A DNA stretch of 64,000 bases from Geosiphon pyriformis uo1 (GCA_016748015.1 JAAOMT010000128.1:999538-1063537); one strand, 5' to 3'; shown: positions 24,355 through 39,900, counted from the first letter of the stretch. The notes: a model not told the origin generated them from the sequence alone. A program made the numbers and translations.

Positions 24355-25700
24355 TCTTCCAAAACAATCCTTTTATAAGTCTTTAATAAAGACAAAACAT
24401 CTGTATTTAATGTATCATATTTTAAGGCTAAATGTCTAAAATATTACACCTTGTATACTAAACCAAATCTAACTTGCCCCAAGAAAGTTTTACATCACCA
24501 AAAATTGGCTTTGTATAAAAGACAGATTCCATATTATTTTTTGTATCAAAGCCAACTATAACACAACAAATTCTGTTGTTAATTTTAAATAATTAATTAA
24601 TAATACAAGTTTTTTTACCAGTTTTTTCTAATAAAGTGCTTAAATCATAAGCTGTCATTCTTATAGATAAAATAAAAAAAAAGCATCTTAAAACAATTCT
24701 AAGACATTTAAGTTTTATGATCTCTTATGGCTTTAGCAATATATACCAAATTTTTCTCAATTAAAAATAACCACCTAGCTGCTAAAAGATTTGTCTAAGC
24801 CAATTTAGCAAACTTTATCACAGTTTTCTGTTATAGTCTAATCAACTACAATTAAATTGACACTATTTGACTATACTTAACTACTATGGCAATAATTGTC
24901 TCTTTTGGCATGTCCATAAGAATTTTTTTAATTATTACAGTCTAATCTGACTTAATTTCTTGTTTCTTAAGATTGTCATTTACTTTGATGCCTTTTTTTT
25001 GGCCAATAATGTGGTCTTTTTCATGTTTTTTTTTGATATAAATGTTGATCTGATAATTTTCTCGAATTTTGAAAGAGTAGTGATCCTCCCAAAACCACTA
25101 ACTAATGAAAAAATCTTCCTAATAATCTGAGTTTTTGCCATTACCAATTTGTTTTTCACTGTAGAAAGATTAATATTCAAAGCAAATAATTTCTTGACAA
25201 CAACTTTCACCTAAAATTTGACAATTTTTGGGTTAATTTACTTCTTGTTCAAAGAGATAAATAGACAAAAAGGAAGAAAAATCTTATTTTTATTATCTAT
25301 ATTATAGACTAAAAAGCTAATTAAAAAACCAACCACAGCATTAGTATTGATTCTATTGGCTTTAAGTGTATTCATCTTAGAATTTGACTGAGCTTTACTT
25401 TTATTACTAGTATCATCATCTGTATTTATACCAACAAATTGGTTAGCAACTCCTATTGAATTTCCAAAACTTAAATTTATCTTATTTTCAGAATGTTTAA
25501 TAATACTAAACAATTACTTCTGCTTTTAAGCCAAGCTCTTACTAACAGAATCTAAAGCTAAAACTTTGGCCAACTTTTTTCTAACACTAGAACCACTCAT
25601 AATGGCAGTCAATTTAACAACAAAAAGATTTGGTAATTAAGATATAGTAAAATACATAATAATAAAACAAAAAAAACTTTTTTCAAAATTTTAAACTCTT
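24355..25700 (-). mobile_element. LINE 5' fragment (ORF1)
   Basis: KLFALNINLSTVKNKLVMAKTQIIRKIFSLVSGFGRITT matches ORF1 at 32260-32508. Confidence 0.85.
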
Positions 25701-26159
25701 TTTTGGAAATTAAGACAAAAGAAAAAAAGATTATTATAATATAATTGTTTTAATTTAATAAACATAATTTTATCAAAATTATTTAAGACATTTTTAATGT
25801 TATTAGAAAATATGCCAAAAAATATTAATTAACTATATATTAAAAATTTTAGAAATAATAAAATTTTTTTTAAAAATATTAGAAATTTTAAAAATTTAAA
25901 GAATCTTATATTAAGAAAATTTATACATCTATAATAATAATATTAGAAACAAAAAAACAAAAATCTTTTTTATTTAATTTTTTTTAATAAAATTACTTAT
26001 TAATTATTTACTATTCAAATATATAAATTTATATTTATCTTATTAAAATTACTTACTATTAACTAAAACAAATAATATTTATACAAGAAATTTAATAATA
26101 CTAGAACAATAATTTTTAATTATAGTTATTAACAAAATATTAATTTTTTATTTATTAAT

Positions 26160-29100
26160 TTTATTTTATTTTTTGTTTTTATTTTGTTTTTTTTATTTTT
26201 TTTTATTTAGCTTTTATAAGTACAGCCCAACCACTACCTAAGTACATAGAATCAACAAGACTCTAAATTAAGTATGGCTTACACATTGTCAACATGTAAC
26301 TGGCCACTCAGGTCAAGTCAAAGCAATACTATGCACCCAAACCTTCCAGCACAGAAAAGTCATGCAGAAAACCAAAATACAAGCTCACTAAACTAGGATA
26401 CAAACCAAAACAAACGTGTACACCCAATCTGACCCCAAAATCAAAAACCATTTTACAAAACCACACAGACACCAGGCCAGATATGGTCAAAAACACAAAG
26501 CCATCCTTTGGCAAGAGGCTGTGTTTCTTATAATACACCCTCAATTTGGTGGTCAGTATCCAAATAGAAGATTGATGATCTTCTGCAAACTCACAGACCA
26601 GATTAATGACCAACAAACCCCTATCAGATCCAGGACTTAACAAACATACTGTGTCAACCACCCATTCCTTCAACACGAAACCCTTGGCCAAGGCCATATA
26701 CAAACCATCTGACAGTTCAGCATCATGCAGAGCGAGTCACAGCACAATTAATATTACCAATTCTAGACAAGCTAGTTCACATCTTAATTGTGTCAAAAAT
26801 CAACTTTTTTTTGGCATCAGCATTCCAAGCACATGAAAACATATGGTCAGAATCTTCAACCAAACCACAATGGATGCACACTATGCTAGAATAACTTGGT
26901 TTGTACCATTTCTTCTGCACAGCTATGGACAGTCTACAATAGAGAGCTTTCATGAAATAAGATCTCAGTGCCATAGTGACAGAGCTGAAGAAGCCAGAGT
27001 GGATACCACCATCAAAGTACCAAACTTGAAAGGTTCGGCACATATCAAATTGTTTGACAAGATTCAAATCAATAATGCCATCCATACACTTGAACTCTTA
27101 GCCAACAAAATTAACAGCATCAAATAGATGCTGTATGAACTGATGAGCATTCTCAGAAACAGGTCAGCCTTCCACAGCAATAAATTGACATGCCATACCA
27201 ACCAGCAGCATAAACTTAGACTTTGTGACAGCATCAGCAAAAAAGTCGGCACACTTATTACCAACCACTCCAGAGTGGCTCTTGACTTTATTTCAATAAA
27301 CCAAAAGTCTCTTAGAAGCAATAGTGATACAAATGTGTTCCTTCTCAATTCAACATTTATTGCGAAAATTGAGACCAACAAAATTAACTAACAAAACACA
27401 CACATTTAAGGAAGCCTGGCTATCCATGAACAACATAACTGAGCTAGAAGTTGAAATGTATTCCAAAGTAAAAGCAATGGCCTGAAGTTCTGCCAAAGTT
27501 AAAGAAAGCAAGCTGTATACTCTAGCCCTTACACTCAAGTCAATGTTTGAGAAGTAAGCAGCAGCACCACCACAAGTGCCTGCAGAACCCAAATCTTTGA
27601 CTGACCCATCTGTGTATACACTTATAACACCAGGCCCATTTTCAACAAGATGACCATTAGCAAAGCCAAAATTGCATAAGTGTATGTCTAAAATAGAATG
27701 GTGGACCAAAGCACCAATGCTGGCTAGATCACCACTAGAAATGAACAGGACTAAAGAGACGAACCAACCAGGAACCCGACCTCTGAGATCCAGTCTTTTC
27801 CATTGGCAAAAAGTGCTCTAAGTGAAGCACACGCCATTACAATCCAGAAGCTGATTCGCGAACACAATTCCGAATTTTTTTAAAGAGGCAACCATGCTTA
27901 AGTATTGCATTACACCCAAAATATCAGCAACAAGAACACCAACACCAGACTGGAAAACATTAGGAATATTATTGATCAATGAAGACCCACATGACGTAAG
28001 CATGTTGGTCACACTGGCCAGAAAGCAATTGATTGGATTAACAAACAATTTAACTGGAAAACTAAGGAATTGCTGGGGCATCCAGCTGACAGCCACCAGA
28101 GTTGGCAAACCCAACCATACTGGCTAATAAATTTTCAGCTTGCAATTGGCTAAAAGATTTAAGACCATACATCTCAGGATGATATAAAGCCTTATTAGGG
28201 AAATCTTTAGGTAAGCTGGTCTTAATTTTCAGCTCCTTTCTGAGCAGCCCATCCCATTTCTCACACACACATGCTGAAACATAGCTGAATTGGGTCCTGT
28301 AACTAATAATGGGCTGAAGCACAACAGACACCAGATACAAAAATTGCTTGTCTGAAATAACCTTTTTCAATATTAGATTGGTAAAAAACCGAACATCTGA
28401 GTGTGTTTTGGCAAAACTGGGTATAGAGAGACCATCTGTAGACAAAAAGATGCCCAAGTATCTGTGTGGTTCCTTTCTTTTTGCTATTAAAATGGCAGCT
28501 CCACTAATAAACAACCGAAGATTTTTCACTCTCATGTTGATGGATATGGCAACCATCTTATCTGTGTTGATGAAGATGTCATTGATTCCAAAAAACTCAC
28601 TTGTTATATCTAAAATGTTTTGAGTAGCAGTCATACTGTTTTCAATCCATATTGTGTCATCCACAAAAGCCCCAGCAGCCAGAAAAGATGTCAAGCCATC
28701 TCTAGAATTCAGCTTGCCAGATTTAGTAAAAAATTTTGAATTCAATCTATACCCAAATAAATTACCACAATGCTTGATCTTGTAGAACAAAGAATCATAA
28801 AAGATTTTCCACAACAAAGATGAGAAAACTTCTCCTTGATCTAGACCATTGTAGATGATGTAACCATTTGTGAATCCAAAGTCAGTCATGACTCAATTGA
28901 ATCTGCCATTGTGTAGACTGCCAAAAACCCTAATAAAATGGAGATACATCTTGATCCTAGCCAAACTATTATGCAGATGAAACCACCCAACAGAATCATA
29001 TGTCTTTCACATATTCTAAAGCACCAGCCACAGCTCTCTATTTTTCTCTAAAGTGTCTTCAACAATCAAACCAATAACAAAAATTGGGGTCTGTGTGGAT

Positions 29101-32100
29101 GTATTTTTTAAAACCAAGAAATTGTCACCTTGTAGAACATCAAACCTACTACAAGCCACAGAGATTCTGTCAGACAATATCTTAGACAATATTTTCCAAG
29201 ATGTTTCAACCAAAGTAATTAGTCTGGTGTTTGTGAGAGTCCCCTCTCAATCATATGGTTTTGGAATCATAGACACCCATATGCATCTCTAATAAACAGG
29301 CATTACACCTAACACTAAACACACATTGAGAATATCCAGCAAACCACCCAAAACCTGCACATTACCATGTTTCCAAAGCTTGTTAGGAATGCCAGACAAA
29401 CCAACAGCCTTATTATCAGGCAAACATTTGACCACTTGAAGAAATTCATCAGACCCTATATTGCACATAACTTTTGAGAAAGCATTATCATCAACATAAC
29501 TTAGGGGAGCATATTGGGCAGCCCAGTAAATAGGCAGAACATCAGAGATTGTATGCTTTTTCGTCCAACCTTCCATGATAGTGTCGACTGCAGATTTAAC
29601 TTCACTAGGCTCCAAAACTAAATCATTGTTAACCACCAAATGGTTGAGGACCACCTTATGAAAAGGCCATTTCAAAATGCTTTTAATCATATGGCCTTTG
29701 TCAGTACAAAAATTTTCCATGTGCTTGTCAACCGTTTTTTTAATAGCAGCATCCTGGTGTTTCTGGATTCAAAATACTTGGACCTACAATATCTTTTTTT
29801 AATACTTGACAAATGGCCAAGAATTGCATCACAACCAGCACCATTATCAATCATAGTGCAAAATTTGGAGGCTTCCTCAAAATCAACAACAAACCAGATG
29901 TCAACAAAGTGGTTAGCTACTGGATTCTAATGCAAGCTCAGATCCTTCACCAGCTTAGAGATTAATAATTCCAGCTTAAAGAACTTTAAAGAAATCTTAT
30001 TTCTTGAACACTTAAAATCATTAAACCAGAACTTAGAAAACACTCGATCAGTAGAGCAAACTATCACCTCGCTAAGAATGTCCCACATTTTATCTAAATT
30101 ACCATTTTTTTTTGCAACATCAAAGTTCACAGATCTCAACTGAAATTCACTAAAAGAACACTCCCTGAATTGCAACCATTAATCATCACTAGCTGACTTA
30201 ATTTTGAACTTCTATTTGTTTTTGTTGGCCTGCTTATGCAAGCCATTCAAATTGACATCCACAAGGCCACTCAAACCAACTGAGACCAAGACTGCCTTAT
30301 AATCAGACTCAAAAAATTCTAAAACAGAACTAATAGCATGTCTGACAACTGCAGAAGCCAAACTTGTATTAACAAAAACAAAGTCTATGGTCTTTTCAAC
30401 CCCTCTAAAATTGCTCCATGTAAGAGCCTTGACCAAAAAAGATCTACTAAGCAAGTTAACCAAACCCAAATCTGAACAAAACCTGAAACATGCACTTCTT
30501 CTTGAAACATTCTCATTGAAATTCCCACTAATAACTAAGAAAGTACTAGAGTTGACAGCCTTAGCAATAAATGCATTAATCTTCAGGACTTGACTGAATC
30601 TAGCTCCAGCCAAAGCACTAGCATATAGACCCAAAATCGAAACTGAAAGCTTGTCTTTGAACAGGAGCCACACCAAAATAACCCAATCTGGAATTTCTTC
30701 AATTTTGCACACATGACAAGCCAGATTATTGTCCATGATTATTGCTACTCCAGCATCAAGAAAGCCCTTATCCAAGTCTGTTGAGAATATTCTTACTCCA
30801 TCAAACCTATTGGCTATCCATGGCTTAATGTTAAATCTTAACTTTGTTTCTGTGATAATAAAAACCATATTACCAGATTTTTTATGCCAACAAATAACGT
30901 CCTCCTGCTTGGCAGGGACATTAATATCCCAAACATTACAGATAGCTATCTTCCAGATCAAATCACTCATTGAGAAGAAGAAAAGGCCAATAAACTTGAA
31001 CCAGTACCAATCAGCTCTAATTTCGCCAAAACAGAACCAATAAAGGTCTTAAGAGCCACCAACTTAGATTCCAAACAGCCAATCTTGGTAGTTAAGACCT
31101 TTGAACTACTCAGATCCAATGTTAAGATACTAGGAGAAGCAGAGAAGAGAGATGATAGTACCAACCCAGAATTATCCATGTCCATATCCACAACCAAATC
31201 CTCCTTGGCAGCAATCAAAGTAGCTAAGACTTTAGGGAGGGAGTTGAAACTTACAGCACCAATTCTATATTGCTGAGTTTTCGCATGATGTCAGAGACTT
31301 GGTCAGTTAGCAATACTAAAGATCATTCCAAAGAGACCAAATGAGCATTCAAAGACAAATTGTTAACTGAAATGAAAGAGATACCATTATTCAAACCTGA
31401 GGTGCCAGAAAAAAGAGAACCAGAACCAAAAGCAAAGTGAAGACCATTAAAAGAACCAGTAAGTAAAACCACTTGGGCCCAAGACTTACCACCAAAAGCA
31501 GCAGAGCAAGATATTGGAACACTCTTTTTCTCATACAACTTAGCCAATTGAAGACAATGTTCATTAGATACAACCCATAAAAAATCGTTTTTTTAAAGGC
31601 TTAGAAGTGGTTGCAACAGGTGCATCACATTCCAAAGCAGAATGACCAAACTTTCTACATCTCTCACACTGAACTAAATCTATTTTTGCCTAAGAAAGTC
31701 TAATACTGCCAAGAATTGGCTCTGTGCAAAAGACAGATTCCAGATCATTATTAGATTTAAAACCAACTACTGCACAGCAAATTCTATTGCCAATTCCCAG
31801 AGATCTGTTTATGACACAAGTTTTTTCACCAGCCTCTTCCAGAAGAGTCCCAAGATTATGTGCTGTCGTTCCCACCAGCAGAGTAAACAACAGTGCCCTG
31901 AACTGATCCTTTGACACCCAGGTCTCACAATCCCCTACTGCTTTGGCTATGCACACAAAGTCTTTACCAATCAGGAATGACTATTTTGAGGCCAACAAAT
32001 TAGCTTGGTCTGATTCAGCAAACTCCACCACAGTTTTTTGCCACATTCTCATCAGTTGAATTTTGATCGACTTAATTTCTCCAAATTCAGATACTGCAGT

Positions 32101-32940
32101 GATGATCATGTCCTTAGGCATGTCCATGGGAATTTTTTTAATCACTACAGCTCAATCTGACCTCATTCCTTGTTTCTTAAGATTACTGTTTACATCAATC
32201 CCTTTTTTCCTGGCCAATGATGTAGCCATTTCCATGCTTTTTTCTGACATAAACATTGATCAGATAATCCCTTCAAATTTTGAGGAAGTAGTGGCCCCCC
32301 CAAAACCATTAACTGTTGAAAAAAATTTTCTAATTAATTGAGTCTTTGCCATTGCCAATTTATCTTCCACAGCTGAGAAATTAATATCCAAAGCAAATGA
32401 CTTTCTAATTGACACTTTCACAGAAGTCTTGATAATTTTAAGGTCAATCCACTTTTTTTCTAAAAAGATAGGCAAGTGAAAAGGGAGCACAACTTTATCA
32501 TCATCCATATGAAAATTAGAAAAGCTGAGCAGAGAACCAAAACCAGCACTAGTGTTGACTCACTTTGCTTTAGGTGTAGTAATAGCTGAACCCAAAAGAG
32601 ACTCACCATTTGTCCCAGACATGTTAACATCCTTATCCTCACCAGATAGACTTTCCACATCAGAATAAATACTGTCACTAGATTCGAATTTGCTTAAGAA
32701 TATATCTTTTTCATTACCAGAATGTTTTACATTACCAAGAACAACTTTTTTCTTCTGAGAAAAGAAACCACCAGCAGGATTATAAAAAGCACTCTTAAGA
32801 GCCTTTTTCTTAGGTGCAGTGCTACTAGCAGTAGCCTTCATATCCACGAAAAATGGGTTACTATTAGGTAAAAAAATATTAATATAGACTAAAATTATAA
32901 TATCAAAAATGCAAAAATAAATATAAAATTAATTTTTAAA
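26160..32940 (-). mobile_element. Near full-length L1-like LINE with RNase H
   Basis: ORF1 32847-30967 (CCHC knuckle near 31630-31670). ORF2 30970-26329 has APE endonuclease (ICNV, ITETK, GNFN, IDFVF, SDY), RT (AFVDDT), RNase H (YTDGS) and zf-RVT. Both ORFs broken by stops. Confidence 0.95.
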
Positions 32941-32952
32941 AATATATATATA

Positions 32953-35900
32953 TTTTTTTTATTTAATAAATGCAGTCTAACTATTACTTAAGTACATAAA
33001 ATCAAATCAGATCCTAAATTAAGCATGGTTCATGTTTTTTTTACATGTAACCAGCCACTCAGACCAATCAAAATAGCCAAAATTCAATCTGAATAGACAA
33101 AAATATAACCCAAAACAAACATAGATATCTAACCTAATGCCAAAACTGTAGACCATCCCAAAAGACTAAAAAAATAACAAACCAGACACCAAAGAAACAG
33201 AAAATCTATTATGTAACGAAAAATTGTGCTTTTTATAGTATAATCTCAATCTGACTGCAGATAACCAAATGGCAGATTTGTGACCTTCAGCAAAACAACA
33301 AACCAATTTGCCAATTATTGTACTACCACCAAAATTAGTGCCCAAACAGTGTATTATGTTAGCCACTCAACTTTTTAATACAAATCTCTTAGCCAATACT
33401 ATGTATAAATTAATAAACAAAATAGTCTTACTTAGAAACTGAACAACCATATTTTCTTTAGCAGAAGCACCCAACAATACATTTTATTTTAGAGCAGTAT
33501 CAGACAATAACTTTTTTTTAACACCACTGTTATAAGCATAAGAGAACATGTGATTAGAATCTTTCAGCATTTCATATTAGATGTAAGCAATACTTAGATA
33601 TCTTGAATTATACATTTTTTTTTAGCCACCAGCAAACAATAATACAGTGCCTTTATGAAATATGACCAAAGTGTTGTCAATACTGAACTGGTATAGTCAA
33701 ATCAGATCTGGCCATCAGGATGGTAAACACTAAAAGTTTTAGCCATATCAAAACCACTACAAAAACTTATATTTATAATGCTGTCAACACATTTGGCTTT
33801 CTATCCAATAAAATTAACCACATTAAATAATTTTTTAGCAAAATGACAAGCATTTCCAGAAACAGGTCTGCTTTCAACATTGAAAAAATGATACAGCACT
33901 ACAAAAGGCAAAAAAAACTTAGAATCAATCATAATATTGGCATAGAAATTAACATGCTTATTTCCAATATTACCAGAATAATTCTTAACTTTTTTTTATA
34001 TAACTGATAAACTTTTTTTTGAAATAATCTGATGAATATGTTTTTTTTCAATCCAATATTTATTGTGAAAATTAGGACCAAACACACTACTGTTGAAATA
34101 GCATATGTCCAATGAAGCTTGACTGTCTGTAAACAAAATAACTGACTTAAAAACAGACACATATTCCAAAGCAAAAGTAATAGTCTGTAGTTTTACCAAA
34201 GTCAAAAATAGCAACTTATTTATCTTAACTTTAACATTAGTGTCTACATTTAGAAAATAGGCAGCAGTACTACTACAAGCATCTATTAATTCCAAACTTT
34301 TGACAGAGTTATCTATGTAAATGTTCACAAAACTTAGTTCAAAATTCAGCAAATGTTCACAGATATAGCTGAAGTTACAAAAAAAATTAGCAGGAATAAA
34401 ATGAAAAAACAACAATCTACTATATGACAAACCACTTTCATCAATAAATCTGACCAGAGAAACAAACTAAACAAGAATTAAATCTCTAAGGTCTAGCTTT
34501 TTCCACTTGTAAAAAGTGTTTTACATGAAACATGTGCTGTGACAATTCAGAAACTGGTTTGCAAACATAATGCTGTACTTCTTAAAAGACTTTGCCACAT
34601 CCAAATAATAGTCTGAGCCCAGCACATCCAGAACTGCAATTTCATTTCCAGTCCAAAAAACATTAAATAGATTACCACCCAAAAAAAATTAGACAAATTA
34701 AGAGCATATATCACACCAGCCAAAAAACAATTTATTGGATCAATTAGCAACTTGACTGGAACTTGAAAAGAATGCTGGGACATCCAGCTAGCAGCCTGCA
34801 GCTCTATGGCTTTGTGTTTGAATAAATTGCTAAGAATTCTGTCAGTATTGGTAAAATTAACCAAACTAGCCAACAGATTTTCAGTCAGCACTTGCTCAAA
34901 AGTTCTCAAACTATACAATTCAGAATAATACAAAGCTTTATTTAGGAAATTCTTGGGCAGATTGGCCTTGAGCTTTAATCTTTTTTTCAACATTTTGTCC
35001 CACTTCTTATACACACTTCTTGAAACACAACTGAATTGCAGCCTATAGCTAATTATAGACTGTAAAACAGCAGAAACTAAATACAAAAACTGTTTTTCAA
35101 TGATGATCTTTTTCAAAACCACATTTGAAAAAACTTGATATTTGAATAAGCTTTGATTAAGTTTGGCTTGAACAGACCATCTGTCAAAAGAAAAATTTCT
35201 AAATATTAATGAAACTTGCACTTTTTAACTATGAAGATACTAGAATCATTAATAGACAACAAAGCTTTCTTGGCTCCTTGTTTAATAAGAATAGCAACTG
35301 TTTTGTCTATATTAATTGAAATATTATTAATAAAAAAAACTTACTTGTAATGTTCACAATACATTGTGTAGCCACCATGCAATTTTCAATTCAAATAGTG
35401 TCATCAACAAAGACACCAGCTGTGAAAAAAAAAGCTTTGTTATCTCTAGAATCAATCTTATTAGTTTTTGTAAAAAATTTTGAACTTAATCTGTAACTAC
35501 ACAATTTTTTGTGTCTCTTGATTTTACAAAGCAAAAAATCATAAAAAATTTTCTACAGCAGTAATAAAAAGACTTTCTCTTGATCCAAACCATTATAAAC
35601 AGTATACTCACTAGTGAATCCAAAGTCTATTATTATCCAATTGGTTTGATTATTGTGTATACTTTCAAAAAAATCTATAAAATGGAGACATATCTTGATT
35701 TTAGCTAAGCTGTTCTGCAAATAAAACTATCTAATTGAGTCATAAGCTTTCCACATGTCTTGGAATACTAATTACAGCTCCCTGTCCTTTTTCAATGCAT
35801 TTTTAATTATTAAACCAATAGCAAAAATTAAAGTTTAAGTGGATGTATCTTTTAGAACCAAGAAATTATTACTATATAAGACATTAAATTCACTGTAGAC

Positions 35901-38900
35901 CAAAAATATTTTGTCTGATAAGATTTTAGACAATATTTTTCAGGCTGTTTTAATTAATACTATAGGCCTAGTATTGATAAAAGTCTCTTCTCAATTATAT
36001 GACTTCAGTATTATAAAAACTCAGACTTGTTTTTACTGTGTAAACACTATATCTAACACTAAGTATGTATTAAAAATATTTAACAAACTGCTCAGAATCT
36101 GTATATTTTCATGCTTTTAAAGTTTATTAGAAATACCAGAAAAACTGGCAGCTTTTTTATTAGACAATTTTTTGACCACCTAAAAAAACTCACCAGATTT
36201 GATATTACACATAACATTTGAAAATGCACTATTATTGACATAATCTAAAGGAACATATTGATTAGATCATTAAATAAGCAGAAAATAGGAAACTACATGC
36301 TTCCTTATCTACTCTTCTATAATAATATCAACTGCAGACTTAATCTTATTAGATACTAGGATTAAATCATCATCTACTATTAGATAGTCAAGCACTACTT
36401 TTTGAAATGGTCATTCTAAAACACTTTTGATCATATGTCTTTTATTAAACAAAAATTTTCTATGTATTTGTTTATTACTTTCCTAATAAAAATGTTCCTG
36501 GCAACCTTAGACTTATAATACTTGAATCTATAGTATTTTTTTTTGATCCTTAAGAAGTAATGTAAAATTTTTTCTATGTTTTTACTATTATTAAACATAA
36601 TGCATATTTTGGAAGCTTTTTTATCATTAATAGTAAACCAAGTATTAATAAAACAATCAGCTTCTGACCCCTAATTTGAATTCAAACACTTTACTATCTT
36701 GGCTACCAACAACTCCAGCTTAAAAAACTTTAATGATAGCTTATTTTTCAAACATTTAAATTTACTAAACCAGAACTTAAAAAACACTTTATTAGCAAAA
36801 CTCACTACCACCTTCTTAAAAATTTCCCACATAGTATCTAAATTTTTACTATCTTTTGCACTATTGAATTCATTTAACTTCTTTAAGAATTTGTTCAATA
36901 AACACTCTCTAAAATATAACTATTTAATGATGTCAGCATTCTTGATTCTGAATTTCTATTTATTCTTATTAGCTTGCTTATGATTACTATTAAAATGAGC
37001 ATTTAAGAAACCATCCAAACCAACTAAAACCAAAATGACCTTGTAATCTGTATCAAAAAAATCACAAACAGGATTAATCTTATAACCAGCCATTACAAAT
37101 AACAGATTTTCATTTATGAAAACATAATCAATAACTTTCTCAGCACTCTTCAAATTGCTTCAAGTAAAAGCTTTAATCAGCAGATGCCTACTAAATAAAT
37201 TGACCAAGTTCAGACCTGAACAGAACTTAAAACTTGCATTTTTCTTAGATTTATCTTTATTGAAATTTCTACTCAGAACCACAAAAGTGCTAAAGTTAAC
37301 AGCCTTAATAATAAAAGAGTTGATTTCCAAAGCCTAACTGAATCTAATTTTAGTAAAAACATCAGCATACAAACTCAAAATTGCAACCAAAAGCTTGTTT
37401 TTAAAAAGGAGCTGCATTAAAATAACCCAACCAGAAACTTCCTTAATCTTATATATATAACAAGCCAAAAAATTGTTTATAATAATTGTCATTCCAGCAT
37501 TGAAAAATTCCTTGTTCAAACTAGATAAGAAAACTTTTATCTTATCAAACTTATTTATAATCTATGGTCTAATGTTAGATCTTAACTTTGTTTCTATAAT
37601 AATTAAAATCATATTTCCTGAATTTTTATGCCAATAAACAACATTTTTTTGCTTGGCAAGAACATTAATACTCTGAATATTGTATGTGGCTATTTTCCAG
37701 ACCAATTCACTTATTGAGAGGAAGTGTTTACAAAAGAAACTAAGCCAGCACACAACTGATCTAACTTCATTAGAACTGAACCAACAGAGGTCTTAAGAGC
37801 CACCAACTTTGATTCCAAACTGCCTATCATAATACTCAAAATTTTTGAACTACTTAGATCCAAAACTAAGGCATTGACAGTAACCAAAGAGAAAAGTGGA
37901 GACATTACTTTTAAACTATCCAAAATCATATTAGAATCAACATCCAATTCAACAGCCAATGAGTTAACAAGATTATAAAAGAGAGAAGAGACAGCCTAAG
38001 GCATTAATTTTATATTGCTAAGCTTGTGAACAATATTGAACACCTGATTTGATAAGAGCTCCAAAAAGCATTCCAAAAAAAACAAATAAGCATTCAGAGA
38101 AAAAATTTCTATCAGAATTCAAAGCACCAAAAAAAGGAGAGCCAAAACCAAAGCCAGCAAATAAATCATGAAAAATGGATGCTGCTAAGACCATCTGAGC
38201 CCACAATTTGCCACCAAAAGCAGCAGGATGAGAAATAAAAACATTTTTTTTGGTGTACAATCTGGCTAACTGAAAATAACTTGTATTAGAAACAGACTTC
38301 TTAAATAACTTTGAGAGCTTGGAAGTAGAGGCAGCCATTATATTACACTCCAAAGTAGAATGATTAAATCTCCTACACTTTTTATATTAAACCAGATCTA
38401 TTCTTGTCCAAGAGAGTTTAACACCACCAAAAATTGGCTCTATGTAAAATACAGATTTCAATTTCTTATTAGATTCAAAACAAATTACAGCATAACAAAT
38501 CCTATTGTCAGTTTCCAATAATAAATTTATGATGCAAGTTCTCTTACTAGCATCTTTCAATAAAGTACTCAGATTATAAGCCATTGTTTTCACAAACAAG
38601 GTAAACAAAAGCACTCTAAACTGATCTCTAGATGCTCAAATCTTATGATCTCTTATAGTTTTGGCTATGTACACAGAATTTTTTCTGATTAAGAATGACT
38701 ATCTTAAGGCCAATTGATTAGTTTAATTTGATTCAGCAAACTTTACCACAGTCTTCTGTCACAGTCCAACTAATTGCAACTTGATAGACACTATTTAACC
38801 AAAATCAGTTACTACAGTAATAATTATTTCTTTAGATATATTCATGGGAATTTCTTTAATGATTACAATCTGATCCAATCTAATTTCTTGTTTTTTAAGA

Positions 38901-39690
38901 TTGCTGTTTACTTTGATACTTTTATCTTTAGCCAATAACATGATTTTATTCATGTTTTTTTCTAAAGTAAACATTAATCTGATAATTTCTTTAAATTTTG
39001 AGAAAGTAGTAGTCCTCCCAAAACCATTAATAGTTGAAAATAATTTTCTAATTATTTAAGTCTTTACTGTTACTAATTTGTCTTCCACAGCAGAGAAATC
39101 AATGTCCAAAACAAATAACTTCTTAACAGATATCTCTACTTGAGACTTAACAATCTTTGGGTCAATTTATTTTCTATCCAAAGAGATAGACAAGCAAGAA
39201 AAAAAAGAAATCTCATTATTATCTATATCAAAGTTTAGAAAACTAAGTGAAAAGCCAAAACCAGCACCAATATTAATATGCTTAGCTTTAAAAATAGTAA
39301 TAGCCAAGCTCAAAAAAGACTCACCATTAACACCAAATATGCTGATATTCTTATCATTACCAGACAAACTATTTACATCAAAAAACATTATTATCAGACC
39401 CAAATTTGATTAAAGAAATATCTTTCTCATTATCAAAATGTTTAATATTTCTAAGAACAACTTTCTTTTTTTATAAGAAAAAACTATTAGTAAGACCATA
39501 AAAAACATTCTTAAATGCTTTTTTTTTAAACATATTACTAGTTAAAGCAATCTCTAACTCCACGAAAAAAGGGTTATTAGGTAAAAAAAATATTGATATA
39601 AACTAATAAGAACAAAAACAAAAAACTTTTTTTTTAGAAATAAGCTCTTTGAGAATTATTTGGACGTAGAAAAAAAAAAGTTTTTTAATT
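32953..39690 (-). mobile_element. Second near full-length LINE of the same family, head-to-tail with the first and more AT-eroded
   Basis: Colinear ORF1, EN, RT (GVFVDDT), RNase H and 3' UTR remnants. Confidence 0.92.
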
Positions 39691-39900
39691 TTAAAAAAAA
39701 AAATAAAAAACATTAAATAAATTAATTACTATGTTAAAAAAATTAAATACTAAGTATTATTAGTTATTATTATTTGAATTTTTGTTTATTATACAAAAAA
39801 CTCAATTATTAAAACTTTTAAACCAAATAAATTTTTAAATTACAATATTAATTAATAATATTAATTTACGAATTAATATATTATTTAACTATTTATAATA

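Larger units (their letters stand above)
25800..39900 (+). repeat. LTR-A relic split by the two tandem LINEs
   Basis: ~25800-26160 matches LTR-A up to its T-tract. ~39700-39900 matches the LTR-A 3' part. Confidence 0.6.

Noticed and set aside
25928-25950. Helitron 5' end (TCTATAATAATAAT)
   Set aside because: It corresponds to the TATA region of LTR-A, and homology continues upstream.
28640-28680. FVDD instead of YxDD as a novel RT active site
   Set aside because: FxDD is common in L1-clade RTs, so it is not unusual.
1079-37337. Numerous short plus-strand ORFs in the ORF track
   Set aside because: Antisense shadows of minus-strand retroelement coding sequence.
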